DNA of 63,197 bases, counting the filler, from Chiloscyllium plagiosum (Eukaryota), in NCBI RefSeq assembly GCF_004010195.1. It is 5 parts of 2 records of this genome, joined end to end, with 100 filler letters (N's around TTAATTAATTAA, not from the genome) between each part and the next. Parts side by side here need not be neighbours in the genome. Positions count along the whole stretch, not along the records: positions 26,361 to 41,144 come from NC_057712.1; positions 41,245 to 61,253 come from NC_057712.1; 3 more parts are not named here. One strand, 5' to 3'. Of the stretch, positions 39,020 to 52,567 are shown piece after piece; the stretch's first letter is position 1; every line of letters starts with the position of its first letter. A program made the position numbers and the translations under genes. The notes beneath the pieces are model-generated. The model ran no database searches. It had not been told where the DNA came from and saw nothing but the letters and a program-made list of their open reading frames with translations.

Positions 39020-40572
39020 AGTCTCCTTATCTGAATGCACATATGCATTATAGCAAAATAGATGAGTTGAGGGCACAAATAGAAATAAATGAATATGACT
39101 TGGTAGCTATTACCGAACTGTCGTTCCAGGGTGACCAGGACTGAGAACTGTATTCAAGTTTATTCAGAGTTCGGAAAAATTAAGCAAGTAGGAATATAAG
39201 GTGGAGTAGTATTGTTAGAAAGGAAGGTATCAGTGCAATGGAGAGTAGTGATACAGGTGTGATAAATTGTTATGTGGAATCAGTTTGGATGGAAGTAAGG
39301 AATAGCAAGGAAAACAAGTCATGGATGGCATTGTCTTCATGGCCCAGAGAGTTGCTTCACTGTAGTACATTATATAAATCATGAAAGGGTGATATTGTCA
39401 CTGATGATTCCAATCTGTAGATTAACTGGACAGATCAAGGTTAGCATAGAGGATGAATTTGTATAGTACATCGGGGACTTTTTCTTAGAGCAGTATGTTG
39501 CAGAACCTATCCAGGAACAGGCTTTTTTAGATCTAGTATGATGTAATGATACAGAATTTAAAACAGATTTGTAGTAAAGGATCCTCTAGGATGTAGTGAT
39601 CACAATATAGTACAATTTTACATTCAGTTTGAGGGAGAGCAACTCATTCACAAACCAGTGTCCTCAGTTTAAATAAGGGCAATTACAGAGGTATGAAGAA
39701 AGTGTTGTTATAATCAGGCTGGGAAAATAGTCTAAGGGGAAAGGTGGTGGATAACCACTGAGGGACATTTAAGTAGATATTTCATAATACTTAGCAAAAA
39801 TTAATTCCAGTCAGAAAGAAGGATGAACCATCCATGGCTAATGAAGATGGTCAAGGTATATGTACAATCAAAAATTAAAGCATATGAAGTGGCATAAACT
39901 AGTGGTAGACCAGAAGATTGGGATAATAGAGTCATAGTCATTCGGCATGGAAACAGGCCGTTCGGCCCAACTTGTCCATGCCAACCTGATTTCCAAAACT
40001 GAATTAGTCTCATTTGGCTGTGTTTGGCCCATATCCCTCTAAAGTTTTCCTATCCATGTAACTGTCCAAATGTAATGTAAATGCTGTAATTGTACCCACC
40101 TCCACCACATCCTCTGGCAGCTCGTTCCATATATTATGTTTTTAAGAACCAACAGCAGATGACTAAAAAGTTATTTGTAAGATAGAAAATTGATTATGAA
40201 CGTAAATTGGCAAGAAGTATAAAAATAAATAGCAAGAGTTTCTACAAGTGGATAAAAAGAGAATAAGAAAGATAAACTATGTCCTTGGAGATGCAACTGT
40301 AGATTTGATACAGAAATAGCAAATAATTTAAACCAATATTCTGCATTGGTCTTAACAGTGAAAGACACTGCAAGTTTCCCATAGATATCAGATACGCTAA
40401 TGGGAAGAAAGGTCTTGTAACATTCTCTATCATAAGGTATTGACAAACCAATGGAACTGAAGGCAGACAAGTCACCAGGACTTGATGGATTGCATCCAAG
40501 GATTTTAAAGGACATAGCTGCAGCGATAGTAGAGTCATTGGTCAAAATGCTCCAGAACTCACTGGATTCTCA
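39020..40572 (+). mobile_element. Old CR1 ORF2 endonuclease/linker remnant with a nested minus-strand CR1 3' end (about 39925-40130)
   Basis: Remnants of YDLVAITE, FLEQYVAEP, SDHNIVQF and LKADKSPGLDGLHPRILK. Confidence 0.75.
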
Positions 40573-40574
40573 TG

Positions 40575-41144
40575 TAATGAAACACAGGGACTAGTTAAAG
40601 TCTGTCTGCCTCAGTGCAAGGAGTGTCAGAAATAAGAGTGACGAACTTAGAGAGCATGGATTAGTACTTGGGGAAACGATGTTGTGGCCATAATGGAGAT
40701 GTGGGTTTCACAGGGGCAGGAATGGTTGCTTAATGTTCCAGGGTTTAGAATGTTTAACAAGAACAGGGAGGGTGGAAAAAGAGGAGGGGGTGTAGCATTG
40801 CTAATCAGAGAGTGCATCACAGTTACAGAAATGATCAGAGTCTGCTGAGTCAGTATGGGTGGAAGTTAGGAACAGCAAGGGAACAGCCACCGCATTGGGG
40901 GTTTTCTACAGACCTCCTAATAGCAGTAGAGAGATTGAAGATCTCATAGGCTGGCAGATTTTGGAAAAATGCAGATGTATCAGGGTTGTTGTTATGGGTG
41001 ATTTCAACTTTCCCAATATCGACTGGAACCTCCTCAGTGCAGATGGTTTGGATAGAGCCGTTTTTGTCAGGTGTGTTTAGGAGGGTTTCCTTACTCAGTA
41101 TGTAGACAGACCGACGAGGGGAGAGGCCATTTTGGATTTGGTGC
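40575..41144 (+). mobile_element. Younger CR1 ORF2 endonuclease domain, cut by the scaffold end
   Basis: ORF 40859-41080: GVFYRPPNSSREIE...VVVMGDFNFPNIDW; then QYVDRPTRGEAILDLV up to the gap. Confidence 0.9.
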
Positions 41145-41244
41145 NNNNNNNNNNNNNNNNNNNNNNNNNNNNNNNNNNNNNNNNNNNNTTAATTAATTAA
41201 NNNNNNNNNNNNNNNNNNNNNNNNNNNNNNNNNNNNNNNNNNNN
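41145..41244. other. Artificial 100-nt scaffold spacer separating the CDC42BPA and COQ8A pieces
   Basis: 44 N + TTAATTAATTAA + 44 N. Confidence 0.97.
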
Positions 41245-41653
41245 AAATGTGATCACATTTATTGAAATGTGATCACATTTATTGAAATGTGATCACATTT
41301 ATTGAAATGTGATCACATTTATTGAAATGTGATCACATTTATTGAAATGTGATCACATTTATTGAAATGTGATCACATTTATTGAAATGTGATCACATTT
41401 ATTGAAATGTGATCACATTTATTGAAATGTGATCACATTTATTGAAATGTGATCACATTTATTGAAATGTGATCACATTTATTGAAATGTGATCACATTT
41501 ATTGAAATGTGATCACATTTATTGAAATGTGATCACATTTATTGAAATGTGATCACATTTATTGAAATGTGATCACATTTATTGAAATGTGATCACATTT
41601 ATTGAAATGTGATCACATTTATTGAAATGTGATCACATTTATTGAAATGTGAT
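41245..41653. repeat. Perfect 20-bp tandem array with a 16-bp palindromic core
   Basis: About 20.4 identical copies of aaatgtgatcacatttattg; aaatgtga|tcacattt is its own reverse complement. Confidence 0.95.
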
Positions 41654-42534
41654 GAGGATGTTAGGAGATTACAGGGTGACCTGGACAAGTTAGGTGAGTG
41701 GGCAGATGCATGGCAGATGCAGTTTAATGTGGATTAATGTATGGTTATCCACTTTGGTGGCAAGAACAGGAAGGCAGACTACTACCTCAATGGAATCAAT
41801 TTATGTAAAGGGGCAGTACAGAGAGATCTGGGTGTTCTTGTACACCAGTCAATGAAGGCAAGCATGCAGGTACAGCAGGTAGTGAAGAAGGCTAATAGCA
41901 TGCTGGCCTTCATAACAAGAGGAATTGAGTAACGAAGCAAAGAGGTGCTTCTGCAGCTGTACAGGGCACTGGTGAGACCACACCTGGAGTACTGTGTGCA
42001 GTTCTGGTCTCCAAATTTGAGAAAAGACATTCTGGCTATTGAGGGAGTGCAGCGTAGGTTCACGAGGTCAATTCCTGGAATGGCAGGATTACCTTACACT
42101 GAAAGACTGAAGCGACTGGGCTTGTATACCCTTGAATTTCGAAGATTGAGAGGGGATCTGATTGAGACGTATAAGATTATGAAAAAATTGGAGACACTGG
42201 CAGGAGGAAACATATTTCCACTGATGGGTGAGTGCCGAACCAGAGGACACAGCTTAAAAATACGGGGTAGATCATTTAGGACAGAGCTCAGGAGAAACTT
42301 CTTCACCCAGAGAGTGGTGGCTGTGTGGAATGCTCTGCCCCAGAGGGCAGTGGAGGCCCACTCTCTGGATTCATTTAAGAAAGAGTTGGATAGAGCTCTC
42401 AAGGATTGTGGAATCAAGGGTTATAGAGATAAGGCAGGAAGAGGACACTGATTAGGAATGATCAGCCATGACCATATTGAATGGCGGTGCAGGCTCGAAG
42501 GGCTGAATGGCCTACTCCTGCACCTATTGTCTAT
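41645..42534 (+). mobile_element. Young CR1 LINE 3' part
   Basis: ORFs 41741-41932 and 41945-42451 (one in-frame stop between them); highly similar to the reverse complement of 34050-34935. Confidence 0.95.
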
Positions 42535-44816
42535 GTAACTTAAAAAAATTCCTATTACTTCCTAGTTTCAGCGTCAGAGCTTGCTTACCCTGTTCATTTA
42601 TATCCTGTACAAAGCAGCAATTTTTGCTTTTAACAACATAATGTGTTGCCTGGGTAAGACTCCACAAATTGTAACAATTTATATATAAACGATCTGTGGA
42701 AGCACGCTAGTTTAAATACCAGCTTATCGGAGCAATGACCCTGAAGGAGCGCGTGTGTGTGGTGGTGGGGGATGGGAGGAGCTGTTGTGACAATTCCAAC
42801 TTTACAGAAACAAGTGAACCATTTTAAGTGAACCTGAGACAGAGACAGTCTCCACTCTGCTGGCTTCAACAGATTCCAATGTTTACGCTGGGGACTTGTA
42901 ACAAGAAAATACACCCCAGCCACCAGTCTCAACGGACAGGAGGTCAGCGCCCACTGTGGGGCAACACGGAATAAAACACGGGCAATCTTGGATTTTAAGT
43001 GGCTTTGGGACAAAAGAAATGGTTGCAAGAATCCGGCAGAAACACCTTTCCCTTCACTGTCAGTTTGATAGCATCAACTGATTACAGTAATGGGGAATGG
43101 GTTTGGGTGGGTTACTCCTCAGAGTTTCGGTGTGGACTTGTTGGGCCGAATGGCCTGTTTCCACACTGTAGGGATTCTATGAACTGAATAGTATTTAACA
43201 ACATTTAATCGCTCCTTGCCCAAGACAGTGGCAGTAAGTTGCCTTCATGACCTGTTCCAGTCCATGCGCTGTACAGATACATACAATACTGGATTAAACT
43301 GGCAGCCTTTTGCTCACATCATGAATACTTTGGGTCGGTGTTCACTAGTGAGAGGGACAATAAAGTGCAGAAATCAGGCAGAAGGCCTGAGACACAATTT
43401 TTAAAAATTAGCACCGACAGAAAGCGAGTTCTGAGTGAACAGGCCGGCTTTAAAAGTAGATACATCTCCTGGGCTGAATGAAATGTATCCCAGGCTGTTC
43501 AGTAATGTAAGGGAGGAAATAGCAGGGGTGCTGGCAATAATTGTCAATTCCTTTCCGAACACAGGAGGGGTGCTGGAGGACAGCCGACGTGGTCCCGTTG
43601 TTCAAGAAGGGAACAAGGAATGAACCAGGAAACTACAGTATATTCAGCCTAACCTCAGTGGTGGGGAAATCACTGGATGTAATTCTGAGGGATAGTAGGA
43701 CCCTGGGAAACACAGATGTGAGGGACCTGTGCCAGTCCCTTAAAGTATCAGGAGGCACAGAGTAAGGCAGTAAATGATATAGTTGCCTTTATTAATCAAG
43801 GCAGAGAGTTTAAGAGCAGGGAGGTATGCTGGAATTGTAGAAAACAGTTCAGGCTGCAGCTAGAGTGCTGGAATCCACATGATAGGAGAGGTGTGATCCC
43901 AGAGCTCAGAGTGCACAGGATGGTGCCTGGACCATAGAGTTCCAGATACGAAGGGAGGTTGGATAGACCGCGCTGGTTTTCCTTTGAGCAGAGGAGATTG
44001 AGGGGGGACATGATTGAAATGCATATTATTATGAGAGGTATAGTTAGGCTTGACAGGAAGGGACTTCTCCCCCAGTCAGCAGGATCAATGACCAGGACAC
44101 TCAGAGGGGGTCATTGTCGATCAGAAACCCTCAAATCATTGCAGTCACATTTAGGCCCCATGTGTCCAGATGTCGAGGGTTGAAGCACTGGCACCTTCAG
44201 TCAAGAGAAAACCATGGAATACCCTCCAGCCCTGAACAAATGTTACACCCAAAGACAACCAGCTGAACGGATGAGGGCAGCAGATACACTGAAGCACCAG
44301 CACCGAGCCAGTCACCATCCTGATTTTGAACAAGATCAGCTGTCCTTCACTGTCACTAGGTCAAAATCCTGGAAACTCCCTTTGTATCAGCGGTACGGGT
44401 GTCCCTGCACCCTCAAGACTGCATTGATTCAATGAGGCACTCACCATCACCACCACCTCCAGGGAAAATTAGGGATGGCCAATAAATGCCAGCTGTTATG
44501 AAACTAACTTTGCCAATTCGCTGGCATGGTTTTCTCAGGTGCAGGATAAGGACTGCAAGATCCAGGAGCCAAGGGTGGGAGGACATCCTCTCCATCACCA
44601 GTACCATTTACCTCCCTCTCAGCTCAGGACTCCACTCCCCAGCTAGGATTATTTACGGTGCTGCCACTGCGATACTGCTTCTGCAAAGCTGGTGACTTCC
44701 ACTGATGTTACTGAACACACTTGGCTGTAAGGCTGCAGGTCATAATCTCAATCAGCTCTTTGTGCTTCAACTCCCTGGATAGGGAGGTAGGTGGGTAGCT
44801 AACATTTCACACATAC

Positions 44817-44910
44817 CTGAACTGCTTATAGCACGCTGCTTCCCTTTCATAATCACATTCCAGGGAGAGTTCACGGCTCATCACCTCAATCATGTGCTCA
44901 GGAAACAAAC
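44817..44910 (-). CDS. COQ8A: COQ8A exon (94 nt)
   Basis: Acceptor tttcctttaattgttag, donor ag|gtatgt; (G)[31 protein letters not shown], with the UbiB ELxxExDY motif; phase matches the 82-nt exon. Confidence 0.95.
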
Positions 44911-46059
44911 CTAACAATTAAAGGAAATGCTTTTCGAATGCTTGAAATCCACAAACAACTGGCATTTTGTGAAAGGATGTGCAGTTACTTTACAACGCGC
45001 ACTTCACTGTGAAATGTAGCAATATACTGTTCAGCAGAATGGGAAACCAAGCAGATTAAGATGATATTGAGAGACATGACCAGAAGGTTTGAGAGACACC
45101 TTTAAGTACATTTAAAGCACATTCCTGCCAATGTTGTGTCGTTGCAGTTAACTGTGCACAGCAAGAACCCACAACATGATAATGACCAGATAATCTTAGC
45201 CCTGATAACCACGGGATAAATATTGGTGAAGTTACTGATTTAAAAACCTGTCTTTCAGCCTTGAATACACGTAATAACTCAACCTCAAAAATTCTATGCG
45301 GTAAAGAATTTCACAGATTCACCAACCTCAGGAAAAATTCCTCTTCGTTTCCATCGTAGTTGTGAAACCTCTTCCTTGGAGGTTTTACACTCTGGGCTTA
45401 GCCTCACAAGGAGAAATAACTCTCCCATCTAACCTGTCAGGTACCCCAAGAATGTATATATTTTGTTAAGGTTGTCTCTAATTCTAAACTCTAATGAGTA
45501 CAGGGCCCAACCTAACCAACCTCTCCCAACAAGACAGCCCTGCACACCCAGGATCAGCCTAGTGAACTGTCTCCGTTGCCAGTATATCTTTCCTTAGATA
45601 AAGGGACCAAACCTGCTCTCAGCATTCCAGTGTCTGAGTCAGGTATTACATTGTTTTAATTCAGGCTTCCCCATTTTTACACTCCATTCCACTTGCTTTC
45701 CCTATTACACAATGAACTTGAATGCAAGCGTTTTGAGATTTGTGCACAAAGACCCTCAAATCTTCTGCACTACGTTTCTGCAGTCTTTCTCAACTTCGAA
45801 AATTTTCAGTTCCTCCAATGTCCCTGCCAAAGTGCATACCATCACATTTTCTCACATTAAATTCTATGTGCCAAGTAGTTTAGTCCATAAATCACTCCCG
45901 ATCTTCCTGTGCACCCATTCCAGTACAATCACAGCCTTCCCATGGTGTGCTGACCAGAACAGCATACAGTGCTCCAGATGTGGCCTCAAAGTGTTAGACT
46001 CTTCTCACACGCTCTTTCACCCGCTTATTTCCTTTTCCACTTGCACTCTAGGACCTTCT

Positions 46060-46258
46060 ACACAGGTCACTGTGTGTTGCATTGATATGAATTCGCTATC
46101 ACACGATTGACAAATTGGGGACTGTAAAGTTTTAGAGTGTGTTTTGGTTATAACGCGATTCTGACCGATTTAGTTTAAATGGTGCTGCTATAACACGATT
46201 TCCGTATAACGGGACTGCACGAGAACGGAACTACCCCGTCGTAACGGAATTGACTGTA
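46060..46258. mobile_element. Probable Tc1/mariner-pogo (Tigger-like) non-autonomous DNA transposon remnant
   Basis: Right end reads TA-CAGTCAATTCCGTTACGACG on the minus strand; internal repeats ctataacacgatt/ttataacgcgatt; left terminus not clearly resolved. Confidence 0.5.
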
Positions 46259-47179
46259 CTTTAGCACTTTCCCGCTTGCACTATCCCGTCATAAACATCT
46301 ATTTTCTGCTCTACCTTGCTCTCCTGGTCTTTTAATATCCAGAGAGTTCAGGATTGTTCTGACCTACCTTTCCCCTTCGTGGGAATGTACCTCAACTGTA
46401 GCCAAACCACACCTTTATAATTACAGGCACTGACCACAAATCTTTGATTCCATTTTCTCTGGGCTCGCTATGTTCTCACTGAAACTAACCCTCCCTCAGT
46501 ATTTATTCTCCAACACAAACAGAAAATATGAGGAGTAGGCCAGTTGTCCTTCGAGCCTGCTCAGTCAGTCATTCATTACAATCAGGGTTGATCCAACTCA
46601 ATAGCCCGTTCCAGCTTTCTCTCCATTACCTTCGAACTTTTTAATCTCAAATGCTATATCCAACTCCTTGAAATCAATGTTTTGGCCTCAGCTGCATTCT
46701 ATGGTAACAAATTTCATAGATTTACTACTACTTGAAGGAATGTATCTTTATCTCAGTATTAAACGATATACCCTGTATCTTAGATTGTGACCCCTGGCTC
46801 TAGGCTTGTCCCTTATGGGAAATATCATTTCTGTACCTCCCCAGTCTAGTTCCGGTAGAGTTTTATGGGTTTCTATGAAACGCCCCTGTCATTCATTTGA
46901 ACTCGTGAATATAATCCGAACCAATTCAACCCCTCCTCATACATCAGCCCCACCACCAAAGAATCACTCTGACAAACCTTTGCTCAATAGCTCGATCAGG
47001 AGACCAAACTGCACAAAATATTCCAGGTGCGATCTCACCGAGGCCCTGTACAATTGCAGCAAGACATCCCTGCTCCTATATTCAAACCCTCTCACTATGA
47101 AGGCCAGCATATCATTTGACTTCAAGTACCTCCATGCTTACCTTCAGTGACTGGTGTACAAGGACAGCCAGGTCCTTCC

Positions 47180-48565
47180 AGAGTCAGAGAGATGTACAGC
47201 ACGGAAACAGACCCTTCGGTCCAACCCGTCCACGCCGACCAGATGTCCCAACCCAATCTAGTCCCACCTGCCAGCACCCGGCTCATATCCCTCCAAACCC
47301 TTCCTATTCACATATCCATCCAAATGCCTCTTAAATGTTGCAGTTGTACCAGCCTCCACTACATCCTCTGGCAGCTCATTCCATACACGTACCACCCTCT
47401 GCGTGAAAAAGTTGCCCCTTTCCCCTCTCACCCTAAACCTATGCCCTCTAGTTCTGGACTCCCTGATCCCGGGGAAAAGACTATCTATTTACCCTATCCC
47501 ACAATTTTATAAACCTCTAAGGTCACCCCTCAGCCTCCAACGCTCCAGGGAAAACAGCCCCAGCCTGTTCAGCCTCTCCCCTGCAGCTCAGATCCTCCAA
47601 CCCTGGCAACATCCTTGTACATCTTTTCTGAACCCTTTCAAGTTTCACAACATCTTTCCAATAGGAAGGAGACCAGAATTGCATGCAATATTCCAACAGT
47701 GGCCTAACCAATGTCCTGTACAGCCGCAACATGACCTCCCAACTCCTGTACTCAATACTCTGACCAATAAAGGAAAGCATACCAAATGCCTTCTTCACTA
47801 TCCTATCTACCTGTGACTCCACTTTCAAGGAGCTATGAACCTGCACTCCAAGGTCTTTTTGTTCAGCAACACTTACCATTAAGTGTATAAGCCCTGCTAT
47901 GATTTGCTTTCCCAAAATGCAGCATCTCACATTTATCCGAATTAAACTCCATCTGCCACTTCTCAGCCCACTGGCCCATCTGATCAAGATCCTGTTGTAA
48001 TCCAAGGTAACCTTCTAAGCCGCCCACTACACCTCCAATTTTGGTGTCATCTGCAAACTTAACTAACTATATCTCTTATGCTCGCATCCAAATCATTTAT
48101 GTAAATGACAAAAAGTACAGAGCCCAGCACCAATCCTTGTGGCACTCCACTGGTCCCAGGCCTCCAGTCTGAAAAACAACCCTCCACCACCACCCTCTGT
48201 CTTCTATCTTTGAGCCAGTTCAGTGTCCAAATGGCTAGTTCTTCCTGTATTCCATGAGATCTAACCTTGCTAATCAGTCTCCCATGGGGAACCTTGTTGA
48301 ACGCCTTACTGAAGTCCAAATAGATCATTGCCCACTACTCTGCCCTCATCAATCCTCTTTGTTACTTCCTCAAAAAACTCAATCACGTTTGTGAGACATG
48401 ATTTCCCACTGACAAAGCCATGTTGACTATCCCTAATCAGTCCCTGGATTTCCAAATACATGTACATCCTGTCCCTCAGGATTCCCTCCAACAACTTGCC
48501 CACCACTGACATCAGGCTCACTGGTCTATAGTTCCCCAGTTTGTCCTTACTGCCCTTCTTAAACT
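47180..48565 (-). mobile_element. 5'-truncated CR1 LINE in a COQ8A intron
   Basis: ORFs 48306-48521, 48059-48328 and 47523-48005: [47 protein letters not shown]. Confidence 0.95.
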
Positions 48566-49216
48566 GCCCAACCCTTACACTGTTCCCTAAGTGATCCCAG
48601 ATATCCGATTGACCTGACGCCTCATTCCCAAGAAGCAGGTCTAGCAGTATCTCCTTTTAATATATTTCCAATCCAACATCGATGCAGAAGATTCTCATAA
48701 ACATAGTCTAGGAACTCTTACCCTTCTGTGTCCTTTATAGCAGTACTACCACCCCAGTTTGTATTGGACTTATTTCAGAAAAACTACACTATAATGCTTG
48801 TACCTTGCTGTAATATCCTGCAAACCTGTTCCTCTAAACCTTGCCCACGAAGTGATGGGCGATAGAATATACCCAACAATGTGATGGTCCCTTTCTCATC
48901 CATTCATGTCATGTGGGTCAGCATTTATTGTCCTTGCGAAGGTGGTGGTGGGCTCTCTCCATTTCCTTTAGCTGTAACAACATAGATCCGGTTCCTGATC
49001 TGTGGGCCAAAGCCCCCGTCTCCCAACTGTAAGTATTCTCCCAAAACAACAGCCAGCCAACCTTATATTCAGGAATATCGAGGAGACAGGTCCATCTTTG
49101 TCTGAACCAGGTCTCTGCAGTTATCACAATGTCAGCTTTCACTTGGCTATCTGCACATGAATTTCACTCACCAATCATATTTACCATTCTCTGCACGTTC
49201 ACGGTAACTCCAATTT

Positions 49217-49594
49217 CATAGAATCATAGAATCTCTAGAGTGTGGAAACAGGCCTTTTGGCCCAACATGTCCACACCAACCTCTGAAACGTAACCCACCC
49301 AGACCTATTTCCCTACTCGATATTTACCCCTGACTAATGAACCTAACCTACATATCACTGAATACTATGAGCAATTTAGCACGCACTGAATACTATGAGC
49401 AATTTAGCATGGCCAATTCACCTGACCTGCACTTCTTTGGACTGTGGGAGGAAACCAGAGCACCTGGAGAAAACCCACACAGACACGGAGAGAATGTGCA
49501 AACTCCGCACGGACAGTCACCCAGGGATGGAGTTGAACCCAGGTCCCTGGTGCTGAGAGGCAGCAGTGCTAACCACTGAGCCACCATGCCGCCC
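49217..49594 (-). mobile_element. tRNA-derived SINE (HE1/V-SINE type), full length
   Basis: Minus strand starts gggcggcatggtggctcagtggttagcactg (A-box), B-box gggttcaactcc, (attctatg)n tail. Confidence 0.9.
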
Positions 49595-50491
49595 TGATTT
49601 TACAACATTACCTATTACTTTGACCACATCTAATACCTTACTTTGTCATACTCCAGTGTTTCTGTCTCTAAGTATTCTGTATGCCTTGTGGCCCTCTCAA
49701 ATATTATCTCCTGGTTCCCTTGCCCCTGCCCTGTTAGTTTAAACCTCAATGTCCCAAGAATCTAAAGCCCTCCCTTCCCATACCATCTTTCCAATCACTT
49801 AACCATCTGCTTTACCCTTCCATTTCTGTACTCACTGGTGTGTGGCATCAGGAGCTGTCTGGAGATTACTACTTATGCAGGTACTGCTTATTAATTTTCT
49901 ACCAAGCTCCCTAAATACTGACAGCAGCTCCCATCCCTTTTACTTTTATGTTGTTGATTCCAATATGGGTCTCGACTGCTTGCAGTTCATCCCACCATCT
50001 CTCAGTGCTCTGCACCCACTCAGATATCTCTGACCCTGGAACCTGAGAGACTACAAACTATCATGGAACCACATCAGCAACATGTCTTGTCTCTGGCTTC
50101 CCTCCCATAATAAATGACTGCTTCATTGATATTCAGAACTGAACAACTAGTTGGACAATGAGACACAGTCGGGCAATTCCTGCTACACCACCTGCCTGGT
50201 TCTCCTGGACTGCCCAGTAGTCACATGCACAGCCTGTGTATCCATAAGCTGCAATAATATGGTGACGTCATCTAGAAACAGATTAACAATGAACAGGTCT
50301 CAGTGAACCCTGGTAAGCTCTGGAAATAGAAGACATGGGCAAGGTTCACCCTCCCTCCACATTGAAGCCAGAGTGACTGCACAGGGACACGGATCAGTGA
50401 CAGAAGAGACAGAACCTGGATCTCATCAGTCACCAAACAATAGCTAACTGAAGCAAGTAAGATATTCATGTCTCAGGCACAGGTCACTCAC

Positions 50492-50573
50492 CTTCAGGTA
50501 GAGCATTGCTCATGTTCATGACTGTTATCAGGTTGGCAACATCACTGGCAATACTCTGAGCAACTCCAGGATA
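50492..50573 (-). CDS. COQ8A: COQ8A exon (82 nt)
   Basis: Acceptor ttattgtccacag, donor g|gtgagt; [27 protein letters not shown](G). Confidence 0.95.
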
Positions 50574-51916
50574 CTGTGGACAATAACACAGGAATAAAAC
50601 CACTGAACCAGGTTATAATGTATGCATTTCCCCCTCCCCACAGGGTAAGCCCTAGCCTGTGAATAAGCCACCAACACTTTCATTCTCCCCCACAATAAAA
50701 TAACAACTGGTATTTGTACAGTGCCTCTAACACAAGGAAATGATTACAAGGTGCAGTGGAGCATCATAAAACAGGGAAAAAGCTGGAAAATGAGACTGAA
50801 GTAATGACCAGCCACGACCTCAGTGAATGTGGAACAGACTCAAACGGCCGAACGGCCTGCTCTTACACCTAGCTATCATATTCTTATGAGCCACAGAGAG
50901 CTATCAGGTTAGATGACCAAATGTTCGATCAAAGTGGTGGGTTTTAAGGAATGCCTTACAAAAGAGTAAGACAGAGAGGCAGGGGGTAGAGAGAGGAATG
51001 TCCTAACCAAGGGTCAAGGAAATTGAACACATGACCATCAATGGTGGAACAATTAAAATCAGTGACACCAAAGATGCTAGAATTCAGGAAATGCAGATAT
51101 CTCAGGTGTGGGCTAGAGGAGATTAGAGAGACTGAGAGGCAAAGCCATGCAGGAATTTGAAAATAGGGGCAAGAGTGTTAAAAGTGAGACTGGGGCCAAT
51201 GCAGACACCATAAGCACAGGGGTGATAGGTGAACAGTACTTGGTGTGAGTTAAGACACAAGCAGCATTTATTGTCCTTGAGGTGGTGGTGTGGAGCTCTC
51301 TCCATTTCCTTTAGCTCGAAGACAGATCCTGCTTTTGATCTCTTTGGGACAAACCACCTCTCTCTCCCTCTCTTCAGAACTGTAATATTCTCCCTAAAAA
51401 ATCCTCAAGTTTAGAGAGGGTCCAAATATGGAAGAGCAGTCAGGAAATGCATTGGATTAGTCAAGTCTCGAGATAACAAAGACAGGAATGAGTTTTCATC
51501 AGCACATGAGCTGAGACAAGGGTGGAGGCAGATGATGTTAGAGGTGATAGATTCTTGGTCAGTCGGAGGTTCAAGGGTTACAGGGGAAAATACAGGAATG
51601 TGAACACAAGGAATGTTGGATCAGTCATGATCCAATTGAATGGTGCAGCGGGTTCAAGGGGCCAAATGGCCTATTTTTTTAATGGCCTTATCGGTGGAAA
51701 TAAGCAGTCAGGTCGTCACAGGATGAGATGTGAGCCCAATATTACCGACAGATTCACTTTACATCTTAGATTGTTGCTAGGAAGAGGGATGGATGAGGTT
51801 CATAACAAACGGACAAAAAAATTGCTTCAGCGTTCCCAATATTTTATTGGGGTGTGAGGCTACCAACACCATAACACAGCTTTAACGAAGTCAGCAAATA
51901 ACCATGTTACACAAAC

Positions 51917-52057
51917 CTGAATCTTCATAGCCACCTCCCTGCCATCTTTCAGCTTTGCCAGGTGGACTTGGCCAATGGAAGCAGCCGCAAATGGTCGATC
52001 TTCAAAAAACTCCAGTTCATCTTTCCAGTTAGGCCCCAGGTCACTGCTCAGCACCTT
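51917..52057 (-). CDS. COQ8A: COQ8A exon (141 nt) with the Ala-rich loop and catalytic Lys
   Basis: Acceptor tatctttctgcag, donor cag|gtttgt; [53 protein letters not shown] and VAMK favour COQ8A over COQ8B. Confidence 0.96.
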
Positions 52058-52481
52058 CTGCAGAAAGATAAGTGCAGCAATGGATAAAAATGGCAGTCAG
52101 GAGGCAGAGGCACTGGACCTTTAGCAATTGAAGTGAAAAGATTGTGTGCAGCCCACAAAGGCTGGCTAATTCAGGAGGGCAAATGCTCAAGGCAGGAGGT
52201 CTAGGATCTCCTTTGCAGAGCCACAAACAATAAAACCCTTGGCCCGCTCAGTGTCTGGGTAAATTCCTCACTTAGGGATTGGGAGTGTGTGTGTCACCTT
52301 CGCCCAGTTACAAGGGAAGTGAAGGGTGGTAATGTTAAGAAGCAGAGTGTTTAAACAAAGAGAGGTCAGTGCACAGGGCAAAAGGTGAGACTTAGTGATT
52401 ACGGGGCAAGGACAGGCAATTAGTGAAGGAGAGGGAGGGCAGTGGGTATAGGGGCTGGGGACTGACGGAGTGGGCACTAAC

Positions 52482-52567
52482 CATCATCTGTTTGCTGGGC
52501 ATGAAATCGGCACTCTGTCGAGCACGTTCGAATATCTTCTGTAGCTGAGGGTTAATGAAAGTTTCAT
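52482..52567 (-). CDS. COQ8A: COQ8A exon (86 nt)
   Basis: Acceptor tgtctttttccag, donor atg|gttagt; (D)[28 protein letters not shown]. Confidence 0.95.

Noticed and set aside
41245..41653. CRISPR-like array, or bacterial CRP-site array (AAATGTGA...TCACATTT)
   Set aside because: No unique spacers (only an invariant 4-nt attg), no cas genes, vertebrate context; the CRP consensus needs a 6-bp spacer between half-sites, which is absent.
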